Shown here in pieces: positions 37,353 to 50,022 of a stretch of DNA of 64,000 nucleotides. The notes beneath the pieces were generated by a model, which did no database searches, was not told the DNA's origin, and saw only the letters and a list, made by a program, of their open reading frames with translations. Location: contig NC_086109.1 of the NCBI RefSeq assembly GCF_963921235.1, forward strand, positions 35,900,001-35,964,000. Direction: 5' to 3'. Source of the stretch: Mobula hypostoma. Lineage: Eukaryota. The translations under genes were made by a program, and so were the position numbers. Each line of letters opens with the position of its first letter. Position 1 is the first letter of the stretch.

Positions 37353-40151
37353 CTGGTATTGGGAAATGAACGTGATCAAGTGTCAGATCTTTCAGTGGGA
37401 GAGCATTTTGGAAATAGCGATCACAATTCTATCTCCTTTACCATAGCATTGGAGATGGATAGGAGCAGACAAGTTAGGAAAGTGTTTAATTGGAATAAAG
37501 GGAAATATGAGGCTATTGGGCAGGAACGTGGAAGCATAAATTGAGAACAAATGTTCTCAGGGAAATGTATGGCAGAAATATGGCAAATGTTCATGGGATA
37601 TTTGCGTGGAGTTCTGCGTAGATACGTTCCTATGAGAAAGGGAAAGGATGGTAGAGTACAGGAACCGTGGTGTACAAAGGCTGTTGAAAATCTAGTCAAG
37701 AAGAAAAGAAAAGCTTATGATGATCCAGAAGATTATAAGGCTCGCAGGAAGGAGCTTAAGAATGAAATTAGAAGAGCCAGAAGGGGCCAAGGGAAGGCCT
37801 TAATGAACAGGATTAAGGAAAACCTCAAGGCATTCTACAAGTATGTGAAGAGCAAGAGGATAAGACATGAGAGAATAGGACCAATCAAGTGTGACAGTGG
37901 AAAAGTATGTATGGAACTGGAGGAGATAGCAGAGGTACTTAATGAGTACTTTGCTTCAGTATTCACTATGGAAAAGTATCTTGGCGATTGTAGGGATGAC
38001 TTACAGTGGACTGAAAAGCTTGAGCATATAGACATTAGGAAAGAGCATGTGCTGGAACCTTTGGAAAGCATCAAGTTGGATAAGTCACCAGGAACGGACG
38101 AGATGTACCCCAGGCTACTGTGGGAGACAAGGGAGGAAATTCCTGAACCTCTGGCAATAATCTCTGCATCATCAATGGGGATGGGAGGGGTCTGTAGGAT
38201 TGGAGGGTTGCAGCTTTTGTCCCTTTATTCAAGAAAGGGAGTAGAGCTAGCCCAGGAAATTATAAACCAGTGAGTCTTACTTCAGTGGTCGGTAAGTTGA
38301 TGGAAAAGATCCTGAGAAGCAGGATTTATGAACATTTGGAGAGGCATAATATGATTAAGAATAGTCAGCATGGCTTTTTCAAAGGCAGGTTGTGCCTTAG
38401 GAGGCTGATTCATTTTTTTGAGGATGTGAGTAAACACATTGATGAAGATAGAGCCTTAGATGTAGTGTATGTGGATTTTAGCAAAGCATTTGATAAGATA
38501 CCCCATGCAAGGCTTATTGAGAAAGTAAGAAGACAATGAATCCAAGGGGACATTGCTTTGTGGATCCAGAACTGGCTTGCCCACAGAAGGCAAAGAGTGG
38601 TTGTAGACGGGTCATATTTGGCATAGAATTCGGTGACCAGTCGTGTGCCTCAGGGGTCTGTTCTGGGACCCCTACTCTTCGTGATTTTTATAAATGACCT
38701 GGATGAGGAGGTGGAGGGATGGGTTAGTAAATTTGCTGATCACACAAAGGCTAGGGGTGTTGTGGATAGTGTAGAGGGCTGTCAGAGGTTACAGCGGGAC
38801 ATTGACAGGATGCAAAACTGGGCTGAGAAGTGGCAGATGGAGTTCACCCAGATAAGTGTGAGGTGGTTCATTTTGGTAGATCAAATATGATGGCAGAATA
38901 TAGTATTAATGGTAAGATTCTTGGCAGTGTGAAGGATCAGAGGGATCTTGGGGTCCAAGTCCATAGGACACTCAAAGCTGCTGCGCAGATTGACTCTGTA
39001 GTTAAGAATTCATACAGTGCATTGGCCTTCATCAATCATGGGATTGAGTTGAGTAGCTGAGAGTTAATGTTGCAGCTATATAGGACCCTGGTCTGATCCC
39101 GCTTGGAGTACTGTGCTCAGTTCTTGTCACCTCACTACAGGAAGGAAGTGGAAACCATAGAAAGGGAGCAGAGGATGTTGCCTGGATTGGGGGAGGGGGC
39201 ATACCTTATGAGAATAGGTTGAGTGAACTTGTCCTTTTCTCCTTGGAGTGATGGAGGATGAGAGGCGACCTGATAGAGGTGTATAAGATGATGAGAGGCA
39301 TTGATCATGTGGATAGTCAGAGGCTTTTATCCCAGGACTGAAATGGCTAGCACGAGAGGGCACTGTTATAAGGTGCTTGGAAGTAGGTACAGAGGAGATG
39401 TCAGGGGTAAGTTTTTTACGCAGAAAGTGGTGAGTTCATGGAATGGGCTGCCAGCAACAGTGGTGGAGGCGGATATGATAGGGTCTTTTAAGAGTCTCCT
39501 GGATAGGTACGTGGAGCTTAGAAAAATAGAGTGCTATGGGTAACCCTATGTAATTTCTAAAGTAAGGACATGTTTGGCACAGCTTTGTGGGCCGAAGGGC
39601 CTGCATTGTGTTGTAGGTTTTCTGTGTTGCATGTTCTATGTTCAAGGCTGTGTGCTTAGCCCCCTGCTCTACTCGCTTTGCTTATGACAAAGAGACTTAG
39701 TACAGCTCCAATGTCCTATTTAAGTTTGATGTCAACACCACTGGTGTTGGCTAAATCAAAGGCAGCGACGAATCAGTGTGGAGGAGGGAGACTGCAAATC
39801 TGGCTGAGTGGTGCCACAACAACAACCTCTCATTCAATGTTAGCAAGACCAAGGAGCTGATTAATAACTACCAGAGGAGGAAACTGGAGGTCCATAAACC
39901 AGACCACTTTGGGAGAATCAGAGGTGGAAAGGCTCAACAACTTTAAATTCCTCAGGGTTATCACTTCAGAGGATCTGTCCTGAGTCCATTAATGTAAGAC
40001 CCATTACAAAAAAAAATAGCAGCACCTCTGGTTTCTTAGAAGTTTGTGAAGATTTGGCATGAAAAAAATTCTATAGCTGTGTGGTGAATTATACATTGAC
40101 TGGTGCACCACATCCTAGTATGGAAACATTAATGCTCTTGAACAAAAAAGT

Positions 40152-40209
40152 CAACAGAACATACTGGATACAGCCCAGTCCAACAGAACGTATTGGATAC
40201 AGCCCAGTC
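40152..40209 (+). repeat. 29-bp tandem duplication
   Basis: CAACAGAACATACTGGATACAGCCCAGTC / CAACAGAACGTATTGGATACAGCCCAGTC. Confidence 0.85.
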
Positions 40210-41449
40210 CATCATGGCTAAAGCCCTTCACTGCATTGAGCCCATCCACATGGGGTGCTGTTGCAGAAAAGCAGCATCCATCATCAGGGACACCCCCCCC
40301 CCACATCCAGACCATGCTCTTTTCTCCCTGCTGCCATCAGGTACAGGAGCCTCAGGACTCACACCACCAGGTTTAGGAATTGTTATTACCCCTCAACCAT
40401 CAGGTTATTGAACAAGAGGGGATAACTTCATTCAACTACACTTGCCCCATCACTAAATGTTCCCAACCTATAGACTCACTTTCAAATACTCTTCATCTCA
40501 TTTTCTCAATATTTATTGTTTATTTATTTTTCATCTTTTATATTTTCTATGAATGAGCCAAAAGAAGATGAATCTCAGGGTTGTAATTGGTGACATATAT
40601 GTACTTCGGTACCAAATTTACTTTGTACTTTTAATATTTGTTTCTAAGTTCAAATATTCTTTGTAAGTAGCACTGAGCTGAACTAATTTAGATGCACATC
40701 CTTCCTTCCTCATGATTGAGTTACTCGCTGCTACGTTAATAGTCATATAAATTCAATAACCATGTAGCTAAACATTAGCCTTGAAATTAATCTTCTTTCT
40801 GCATAGCAAGCTCAGCTTTCCAATCTTCCCACACGCTTCATTTTAGTGCAGACTTCTCTGTAGCTTCTTGCTATACTGTTAAGACATCTGCAAGGCACAA
40901 ATTAGATTAATCTCACTGATGTGATTTTGGAATTACACTCGAGAGACCATGCCTTTTATTCTGATTTTAGCATTTTTAATTGACCTGAACACAGAGAATG
41001 TTTTCAGTCAAATTTATATTATAATTTGCATCAATCTTACTCGTGTATTGGATTTTGTTTTGGAACTTAAAGTGTTTTCATTATGTTCTGAACATATAAT
41101 TCAGTTGTATTCATTGTTTCCATTTGAGAAAATTATTTTAGACTGCTTGATGCCATCTCATAATTATCGATTTTACGTAAAATTAAGTATGAGATTTCCT
41201 AGCCAAGAAATTGGTTTGGAATTTCTAGAAATAAATTTAAGATTTATTCATGTGTGAATAGTATATAACACACAATTCACTTTTTTTTCGCTATGTTTGC
41301 ACAAGTTTCTTTTTGATAAATGCAGTTTTCAAAGCTCTTGAGCTTTGACCCTTTGGTAAAACTGTTCCAATGAGTCACCTCAAGCTGTCGAGATTACTCT
41401 AATAGTGCTGATCCAAGATCAATAAATAATATTGCCCTGCTAACAACCA

Positions 41450-41575
41450 GTAATGTTCAACAAACTTTTCTCGGGCTTTCAGCCGAGTGTAGGTATCAAT
41501 TATAACTGACATTTCGATGACAAGCTCTACCGTCTTCTTCAGGGATGATACTTGGGCATGTCTAGTCCGGTGGAT
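41450..41575 (-). repeat. Terminal-repeat fragment of a second Penelope-like family with a degenerate hammerhead
   Basis: Minus strand 41504-41547 CATCC-CTGAAGA-AGACGGTAGAGCTTGTCATC-GAAATGTC-AGTT; flanks unrelated to the first family. Confidence 0.6.
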
Positions 41576-41821
41576 CTAGCACTAGATCCTTTTTAACCAG
41601 TAAAGTGTGTGAAGTATACAAATTGAGTTTTGACATCTCTTAAAGCACATAAATTATACCATTTTCTATGTCCCAATTATGGCTTTCTTTGGTGACATCT
41701 GATTGAGTGTTGGTGCTAATCTGAGATACAAAATTTGATCATGTGTTCTTAACAACTTCAATTAAGTCATTGATTATGCCGAAAACAAACTTGCCTCATA
41801 GTGCAATGTCTATGAGACACT

Positions 41822-41902
41822 AGGGCACCACAGTAGCATAGTGGTCAGTGCAACTTTATTACAATTTGGGACGTTGGAATTCAGAGTTCAATCTCTAAGG
41901 AG
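41822..41902 (+). mobile_element. V-SINE 5' tRNA-like head only
   Basis: GGGCACCACAGTAGCATAGTGGTCAGTGCAACTTTATTACA...GAGTTCAATC. Confidence 0.6.
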
Positions 41903-42477
41903 AATAAACTATAGTTAGAAGATTTTTTTAATGGAACTCTGTATAGGATTCACCAACACCGATATCCATTATGCTATATCCTGCAAAAAGGCATTACTAT
42001 ACAGACTGTGCTTGAAATAAAAGGTTCGCGCACCCAGTTCTTCCAATCTAACCATTATGAATATCAGCAATCATTTTATTACACCTCTTGCTCTTACGAT
42101 GACACAGCTTATGTTTGGTGACTGCTTTGCACAATGCCACAATTTCTCTCTTTTCATCTATCTAATTATTGTTTCTGTCAATACAGTTTTTTCGATATGA
42201 ATTTATGTTAATTTTTTGTGTGAAAGAAGGGTCAAAACAAGTGGTCATTGTTCTCCAGAATCAACCCTAGATCCTTTCACTCATGATCATTAATAGATGG
42301 AAAGATATAAATTAATTTGTTGTTCTTCCATCTTTGTCATCACTTTGTAATCTATGCACATGTTCATATATTCCTTATTGCAGATGATCCAGAGAAAAAT
42401 AAAGATGCTTGCAGTTTATAATCTCTGACTATACTTTGTATCTACATATACAGTATATCACATTTATACATCATATA

Positions 42478-42858
42478 TTGGTGGGTGGAGACACATCTCT
42501 ACGATGGCAGGCATAAGGCCCTCCTTCCCTCCGGTAGTCTGCAGGTCACCCATGGGAAAGATATAGCACCTGCTTATCACCCCGATCAAGGTCATGCAAA
42601 GCCATGGGAGCAGATGCTAGTTGGTCGTATGAGTAACTTGAGCTTATCACGAGTCCTGGTTATGCGACCACTGACACCAGGCAGACAATGTCTGAAGAGA
42701 ATTGATAACGGCTGGGGTCACCCGTCTTGTAAAGACACTGCCCAGAAGAAGGCGATGGTAAACCACTCCTGTAGAAAAATTTACCAAGAACGGTCATGGT
42801 CATGAGACAGATGGAAGACCATGATCGTCCATGTTGTAAAACACGGCACATGATGATA
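42478..42858 (+). mobile_element. Non-autonomous RTE-related element (copy 1)
   Basis: AGAAGAAGGCGATGGTAAACCACTCC resembles the RTE/BovB 3' motif GAAGG.AATGGCAA.CCACTCC; (GAT)n tail; inverted copy at 47362-47746. Confidence 0.7.
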
Positions 42859-43728
42859 TTTATTTGTACTATATTATTTGGAGATCATTATTCCATTCCA
42901 GTAGGAAATGCAACCTTTAGTAAAAGAGGGTTCAGCAATTTACAGTAAATTCCTATAATCCAACACCATTGTTCCTTCTGACAGTCAAATTTCTGTTTTA
43001 AAGAAATCAGTAACTTTTCAGGGAAACAGAATTTCTTTAAGCAGAGTTTAGTTGAAACAAATTATAAAGTGATAGATTATGCAAAAAGTATATAAATTGC
43101 ATAGCTTGACTTAATGTCAACGATTGAATTAAAGAGGTTAATAAAAGATAGGAAAACTATGTAAGGGCCAGTTTTCTCCTACTTAGCCATGAGACAAAAC
43201 ATTGCATTATAATACGTACTGAGCCACCATAAAGTCCATTACAGATAAATGCCTGCCCCAAGCAATGCTGCTATCAAGGCAAAACATAACTTGGAAACTA
43301 AATAAGGATCGTAACCAAACTACATAAGTGGCTTCTTATTCTTACTGTGCCTATGGCAAGAGGATTAATTTATTATGTAATTTGTCAGTTGTCCCTGCAT
43401 TATGTATATGAGCTTAATCACTGAAGAATATTTTGTTTAATCCCACTGTGTATAGCAAAACTCCTAGTGTGATATTGCTCTTATACACCGAATTGACTTT
43501 AATGCGGAATAAATGATTGATGAAGTTGCAAATGTATTATCTGCAAATCCACATTTTATTTAAAGTTGTCCCTCATTGGAAAGCATCAGAATCTTTAATC
43601 ATGAAAACTCAAGGGTGGAAATAAAGTATATTATTGTTCAAAATGTTTCTTATATAGAGCAGAATATTCATAAGGATCTCGGTAGTTTTTCTTTACATGC
43701 TGATATTTGAACTGAGTGATGACAAAGT

Positions 43729-44092
43729 AACACACAAGGAATGCTGGAGGAACTGTTGGGGCGGCATAGTAATGTACCAGCGATCTGGGTTCAATTCCCA
43801 CCGCTGCATGTAAGGAGTTTATACGTTCTCCCCGTGATCCCGTGGGTTTCCTCTGGGTGCTCCAGCTTCCTCCTACAGTCCAAAGATTTACCAGTTGGTC
43901 AGTTAATTAGTCGTTGTAAATTGTCCCGTTATTAGGGTAGGATTAAAGAGGGGATTGTTGCATGGCGTGGCTCGAAAGGCCGGAAGGGGCTATTCCGTGC
44001 CGTATCTCTTAAAAGAAACTCGGCAGATTAGGCAGCATCTATGGATATGAATAAACAGTCTACGTTTCGGGCTGAGACGCTTCTTCAGAAAT
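43729..44092 (-). repeat. Penelope terminal repeat with decayed hammerhead, interrupted by a V-SINE
   Basis: AACACACAAGGAATGCTGGAGGAACT | GAAACTCGGCAGATTAGGCAGCATCTATGG...CAGTCTACGTTTCGGGCTGAGACGCTTCTTCAG. Confidence 0.82.
43756..44014 (+). mobile_element. V-SINE (HE1-like)
   Basis: B box GGTTCAATTCC, V-domain GGAGTTTATACGTTCTCCCCGTGATCCCGTGGGTTTCCTCTGGGTGCTCC. Confidence 0.9.
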
Positions 44093-44659
44093 GAAAAATT
44101 ATCATCCCTCTTCACTGCTGACAAATTGTCTCAGTCCATTGGAAAGTACAGGAACCATGATTCCAGAATTTGTGCGACATGCCTTTTCTGTAATTTGATG
44201 CTCTGTGAAATAGTAATTTAGCCATTTAGACAGGCAATTAAATAGGCAAGGTACAAAATACAGGCATAGTGTGGACAAGTGGGATTAGTGCAGGTGCACA
44301 AAAATGGTTGCCATAGTTGTGATAGGCTGAAGCATCTCTTTCCGTGATGTATATTGCACACTTTATAAATCTGACCAGAAGAATGCAGAATATAAGGTAG
44401 AAAAAGATACTTGTATAGAATTGAATTCCTTGAACTAGATGATATGTCAGACTTTTGATCATGAAGCTAGGAAAAGCCTAAAAGGAGTATAATTGGATGA
44501 GTGCATCCGATGATCAAGGTACATGTATAATCAAAGAAGCGGAAGGAGGAAGCCAAGCTGCAGGGGGGTCAGACACATCTCAAGAATATTGCTTGGAGTG
44601 GATTGTGAAGTCAAGATACAATTTAAAAGTGTAAGCCACAATTTTGCCTTAAATTTAGC

Positions 44660-44955
44660 AACCTTGTGGGGCTTCTGTTAGAGCCATTCGCTCTGAGCAT
44701 CAGAAACCTGGCTTCGATCCTGACCCCGGGTCCTTTGTGAGTTGAATTTTTAAGCTTTCCTTCTGACCACGTGGGTTTCCTCTGGGTGCTCTGACTTTCT
44801 CTGGTTCCCAAGCTCTGCTGGTTGCTGTGGTAACTGGTTGATGTAAATTGTCCCATGTGTAAGTGTGAGGTGGAATCTGGGAAGAGTTTATGCGAATACG
44901 GAGAAATGGAATTCTGGTAAATTTACTGTAAATGGGAGGTTAATGTTGGGGTAGA
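44660..44955 (+). mobile_element. V-SINE, different 3' tail
   Basis: GCTTCGATCC B-box-like, TGACCACGTGGGTTTCCTCTGGGTGCTC V-domain, TGTAAATTGTCCC. Confidence 0.72.
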
Positions 44956-45004
44956 TCTATACATGATATGTGTCTCTGTTACTCTTTAATCCAAGTTTAT
45001 CCTT

Positions 45005-45742
45005 CATGGTATATATACAAAGAATATACACAGTATGCAACCTGAAATTCTTACAGTCTGCAGACATCCACGAGACAGAAGAGAAACCCCAAAGAATGAA
45101 TGACAGGAAAACTTTAGAACCCCAAAACTCCCCTCCCCCCCCATGCACAAGCAGCAACAAAGCATCAGCCCTTCTCCCTCCCTCCACCTGCCTCAGCAAA
45201 AGCATCAGGAGCACCCCCCCCCCAACCCACCGAACCACCACCATCAGGCATGCAAGCAATAGCAAAGCCCCCCAAAGAGACAACTGTTCATCCCAACAAT
45301 TCAACATGCCACAGCCCCTCTCTGTCTCTCTCTCTCACTGACAAGTTTGCTGTTTTAATTAGTATGCAGCGCTGCTTTGTTTTGAGTTTTTCTGACTCAA
45401 GAATCGGCAGCAAACTCTCTCTCACCATCGTTAGAGGGAGTGCAGAGGCCTCCGACAGCCGAACTCACTCTTTCAATGTTCCGATCTCCTGCGATGCTTC
45501 ATTGACACTGGCAAGGAATTGGGTTGTCCGTAGGGCTGCATCTGGAGGCACACGTCTTTCAGGCCACTCCTGGAGACTCTAGGCCACTCGTTGAGCTCCG
45601 AGAGCAGGAACATGCAGCTGTAGATCATGGATTCCGACGGGAACCCGGGCACCTTAAAAAGGAAAGAAGAGGCATTAGAGAGAAGAATTGAAACTGTTTT
45701 GCAGATGGACTGGGAGAAGTTGCCCTCTGGTGCCATCTTAAG
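45005..45742 (-). mobile_element. Non-coding element with a Rex1-type 3' tail (bipartite non-autonomous retroposon candidate)
   Basis: Minus strand starts AAGATGGCACC; colinear with 55080-55860; the tail AATTTCAGGTTGCATAC resembles Rex1 tails. Confidence 0.62.
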
Positions 45743-46045
45743 CTCCTCCCCCTCCCAGTGTATTATTGCTTTGATAGTATATTGGTACTCATAGAGCTAA
45801 ACTACTGTGGAAATTTGCAGGAGACTAAGAAAATGCTAGCCTACAATTAGAGAAAATAACAGTAAAATGAGGGTAAAGAAAACCTCTCTGAGAAGACAGA
45901 GTTAATCAAAACAGTTGTGCAACGAAACAAAAGATCCTTTGTCAATATTCACCATGTGTTGGTCATGTTTCATTTAAAATATAATTAGCAGATAAATAGA
46001 AATAGTTGTCTGCTAGTTCACATTTCCACGCTTTCTACATTTTAT

Positions 46046-47145
46046 TACATAGAACATAAAAGAGTACATCACAGTGCAGGCCTTTTGGCCTACAGCTTTG
46101 TGCGGGCCGATATAAGCCTATTCCACAACCACCCTAACCCTTTTCTCATAAACAGCCGATAACCTTCCATTTTTTCTTACATCCATGTGCCTAAGAGTCT
46201 CATAAATGTCACTTTTGTATCAGCCTTTACAACCATCCTGGCACTACCTTTAACATCTCTGTTAAACTTTCCTCCACTCACCTTAAAATGTCCTCTGATA
46301 TTAGTCATTACTGCTCTAAGAATAAGGTGCTGGTTGTCCACTCTACCCATGACTCTCATAATTTTATGCACCTCTATAAAATTGTGCCTCATCCTCCTTC
46401 ACTCCAGAAAGGAAAGCTCCAGCTTGCTCAACATTTTGGAATTAAGGAGATTGAGGGGGGATCTGATTGAGACATATAAGATTATTAAGGGATTGGACAA
46501 GATAGAGGCAGGAAATATGTTACAGATGCTGGGAGAGTCCAGTACCAGAGGGCATGGTTTAAGAATAGGGGGTAGGTCATTTAGGACAGAGTTGAGGAGG
46601 AACTTCTTCTCTTAGAGAGTTGTGGAGGTGTGGAACGCGCTGCCTCAGAAGGCAGTGGAGGCCAATTCTCTGGATGCTTTCAAGAAGGAGCTAGATAGGT
46701 ATCTTATGGATAGGGGAGTCAAGGGTTATGGGGACAAGGCAGGAACCGGGTATTGATAGTAAATGATCAGCCATGATCTCAGAATGGCGGTGCAGGCTGG
46801 AAGGGCTGAATGGTCTACTTCTGCACCTATTGTCTATTTTCTTGTAGAACATCCTCTAATCCAGGCAGCATCCTGGTTAATCTTTTCTGCACCATCTCTA
46901 AAGATTCCACACCCTTCATAAAATGGTGTGACCAGAATTGAACACACTACTCCAAGTGTGGTCCAACCAGAGTTTAAAGAGCTGCAAAATAATCTTGATG
47001 GCTCTTGAATTTAATCCTCTGACTAATGAAGGCTAATGCATAATAGCTTTTCTTAACCACCCTTTTAACTTGAACTGTAGTTGTGCGGAATCAATGAACT
47101 TTGGCTCTAAGATCCTCTTGTTCCTCCACACTGCTAAGAATATCC
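46046..47145 (-). mobile_element. CR1 3' portion interrupted by an opposite-strand CR1
   Basis: Minus ORF ..IEVHKIMRVMGRVD..., TACTCCAAGTGTGGTC (RPHLE), CR1 tail CATAGAACATAAAAGAGTACA. Confidence 0.8.
46434..46838 (+). mobile_element. Younger CR1 3' end
   Basis: LELRRLRGDLIETYKIIKGLDK...STRGHGLRI..RSFRTELRRNFFS and 3' tail ending CCTATTGTCTATT. Confidence 0.92.
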
Positions 47146-47361
47146 TTTTATATCCTTTTCTTATGTATGCGATCATTTTCTATATGGCAATTAGTTAAAG
47201 CTATTTGTGAAAACTGTTGGGAGTTTTGAAGACTTCTCTTTTCTAACATTTCTTCTTTCTTTCTTGCCAGTTTTGTCTCCCATTCCTTGCTCTGAATGAA
47301 TCAATTGTACAAGTATTGATTCTTTTCCAACACCCCACAGATACATAGCTGTTTAAATAGT

Positions 47362-47746
47362 CATTATCACCATCATTATCACATGCCATGCTATATGGCA
47401 TGGATGATCATGGTCTCATGACTATGATTGATCTTGGCAAATTTTTCTGCAGAAGTGGTTTGCCATTGCCTTCTTCTAGGCAGTGTCTTTACAAGAGGGG
47501 TGACCCCAGCCATTATCAATACCTTTCATAGATTGTCAGCCTGGCGTCAGTGGTCACATAACTAGGACTTGTAATATGCTCCAGTTACTCATACGACCAT
47601 CCACCACCTGCTCCCATAGCTTCACGTGACCCTAAGTGGGGGAATAAGCAGGTGTTATACCTTGCCCAAAGGTGACCTGCAGGCTAGCAAAGGGAAGGAG
47701 CGCCTTACACCTCCTTTGGAAAAGCCTTACCTCCACGTCACCACCC
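47362..47746 (-). mobile_element. Non-autonomous RTE-related element (copy 2)
   Basis: Reverse complement of 42478-42858; AGTGGTTTGCCATTGCCTTCTTCT motif; (ATC)n-like tail. Confidence 0.7.
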
Positions 47747-47948
47747 TTTTAAGTAGTCAATAGAGGTATTATATTGATCTGCAATCCTGTACTTAGTGTG
47801 CCTCGAGTGTTGGTAATTGGAGCAGAAATGGTATACCTTCTTACTTCTAAATCCAGACACATTGAACATAATTAATATCTCAAAGGATACTTTGGCTGAA
47901 ATCAATGTGAACATAGATTGAATAATTTCCCTGACTGCTTCCTAAATA

Positions 47949-47950
<2 letters not shown>

Positions 47951-47998
<48 letters not shown>
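47951..47998. repeat. (GT)24 microsatellite
   Basis: Perfect dinucleotide run. Confidence 0.99.
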
Positions 47999-48001
<3 letters not shown>

Positions 48002-49419
48002 ATTACATGGCTAGAAAATAAATTGGCAGCCCACTTTTTATATTTCCTGATTTTTAATCATTTTATCACATTCTGTACTACTAAAAGTTAGAAGAGACAT
48101 AAACTGAAATGCTGTTTATTTAACATTACTCCTTTTCTAAATAGTTTGTATATTCTGATCCAAATATCACCAACTGTTCAATCCTGTATCACCTGAAAAC
48201 TACATCTGATCTTTGACTCCAAACAGACTGTGAATATTAATTGTACATCAAAACATCTTAATCTACAAAATTACCTTACCAGTTCAAGTATTCCTGAATA
48301 TCACCTCTTGCCTGAATGTAGCTTGATTGCTTTATTCAATACAGTAATTTGCTGTATCTGTTCAAAAACAAAGAAAAACGTCTAAAATGTGTACTTTATA
48401 TAATTCTCACATAGAATAAGTACCTTTTGAACCAGTACGTGAAAACTTCCAGCATTTTTTCTAACTCACACAGTAATTAATCTGTGCCATTAAAGTTGCT
48501 GTGACTGATTGCATGCATTTGGAGTTTGTCAGCTGGATTTTATTTCTCCTGAATGTGATTTGCTCAAAGGCAGCGCTCCATCTGTTGCATCTCATGCTTT
48601 CAAAGTTTCAATCCTGTCATCACCTCTATATAGCAGTTAAACTGTGGTCTCATAACCCCGGCTGGAAGAAGATGCAGCATATTATTATTACAGGTAGTTT
48701 ATGTGCATAACACTGAATTGTAAGGCACCTCATAATCTTCCACAGGCCATTTAGTCAAATCAAAAACTCTCAAAGTAAAGAAGCAGTTATTTTACATTTA
48801 TATTTTATTTAGGTTTGTTGATACCATATTTGTTGGAGAGTTAAGGAAGCAAAAATAAAAGCAGTTGGATTATTCACCTCCCGAACCATGCCTGAAGTTC
48901 TAACTCTTGCATAAGTTCTGGGATTTTTTGTTCGAGTAAATAAATAACAACTCAGTTTATTCCTTGTTTATGCCTTTTTTTGCAAAATAAAACACTATAT
49001 TTATGAGTCATATAAACAGTCTTATAAAACATAAAAATAATCTGGACGGCTTCCAATTTACTACTTACTGCTGATAAATACACAACAACATAGGTACATA
49101 TAAATTCATAATAATGATGAGAATAGTTCAATAAAACATCGTATTTGTTTCAGCTTATTTAATTTTACCTTTTTTGCTTTTCCAAGTAACGTCCAAGTAT
49201 CTCTATCTCATTAATTTCATGAATTAAAAGGCACCCTTAAGTACAGACACCAGACAAACTTGTCAAAAATAAGCTTCTAGCAGGGATCTATAAAATTTAA
49301 TGATAAACTACTCTGAAAATAAAGCCAATATTTTTCTGTGCCATATAATTTTCTTGCTTGTAACTCAAATAAGCGTCATTTAGACTGGTCTGGGTAGATA
49401 GTCCTTAAAGTGAGATCTT

Positions 49420-49563
49420 CTTTGTGGGAACATCTCAATGATGGGACAAGTAAGTATAGTTATCCCCTTTTATTCAAGAGCCTGATAGTTGAGGAGTGGT
49501 AACTGTTCTTGAGCCTGGTGGTGTGAGTCCCAAGGCTCCTGTACATTCTATCTGATGGCAGCA
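49420..49563 (-). mobile_element. Rex1/Babar fragment (ORF end/3' UTR)
   Basis: Matches 56478-56620 (TTATCCCCTTTTATTCAAGAGCCTGAT...CTGATGGCA). Confidence 0.8.
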
Positions 49564-49811
49564 AATTATCCATAATATGGCCCATCTGAACAATCATCAA
49601 ACTTTTTAGATTAATTTTCTATAATAGTCAGAGGAAAAAAAACACGCACGTTGTTTTGCATCTCAATAGTAGATGTTCTACAATTTTACTGCAAACAAAT
49701 GTCACTGGATAATTTTGAAGCCAAAAGTTTGAAGTCTCTAGTTAACACTTGACAATTATCCAGGAATCATTTGCTGAACAAATACTAGATTTGCAGCAAC
49801 TGACTGATTCA

Positions 49812-50022
49812 GTACACACAAATGCTGGAGGAACTCAGCTGGTCAGGCAACATCTATAGAAATGAATAAACAGTCGATGCTTCAGGCTGAGCCCCTTCTT
49901 CAGGACTGAGAGGGAAGGGGGTAGATGCCTGAATTAAATGGTCGAGGGAGGGGAAATTTCTTTACTGGAAGGAGAAATCGATATTCATACCATCAGGTTG
50001 GAGGGTACCCAGACAGAATATA
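49812..50022 (-). mobile_element. Deleted Penelope 3' end with mutated hammerhead
   Basis: Minus strand AGTC-CTGAAGA-AGGGGCTCAGCCT-GAAGCATC-GACT; adjoining TTCATACCATCAGGTTGGAGGGTACCCAGAC = LG.LQPDGMN. Confidence 0.85.

Larger units (their letters stand above)
35286..39641 (+). mobile_element. Near-full-length CR1 LINE (ORF1 esterase-like + APE-RT ORF2), degenerate, 10-bp TSD
   Basis: TSD TCAAGGCTGT at 35276-35285 and 39642-39651; APE motifs YFNARSI, GGGMALLIR, VGDFNF.NIDW, SDHN; RT motifs QHGF.KGR, VDFSKAFD, VPQGSVLGP, KFAD; (TCTATGT)-like tail. Confidence 0.95.
35170..40632 (+). mobile_element. Rex1/Babar LINE (RT to 3' tail), split by the CR1 insertion
   Basis: [31 protein letters not shown] | VLSPLLYSL; later KAASIIRD..HPDHALFSLLPSG and 3' UTR; own sequence is 35170-35285 and 39642-40632. 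Confidence 0.88.

Noticed and set aside
42478..42600. HDV-like ribozyme at the 5' end of the RTE-related element
   Set aside because: A small AGGTG/CACCT-type hairpin after GG is suggestive, but I could not build P2/P3/L3 of the nested double pseudoknot in either copy.
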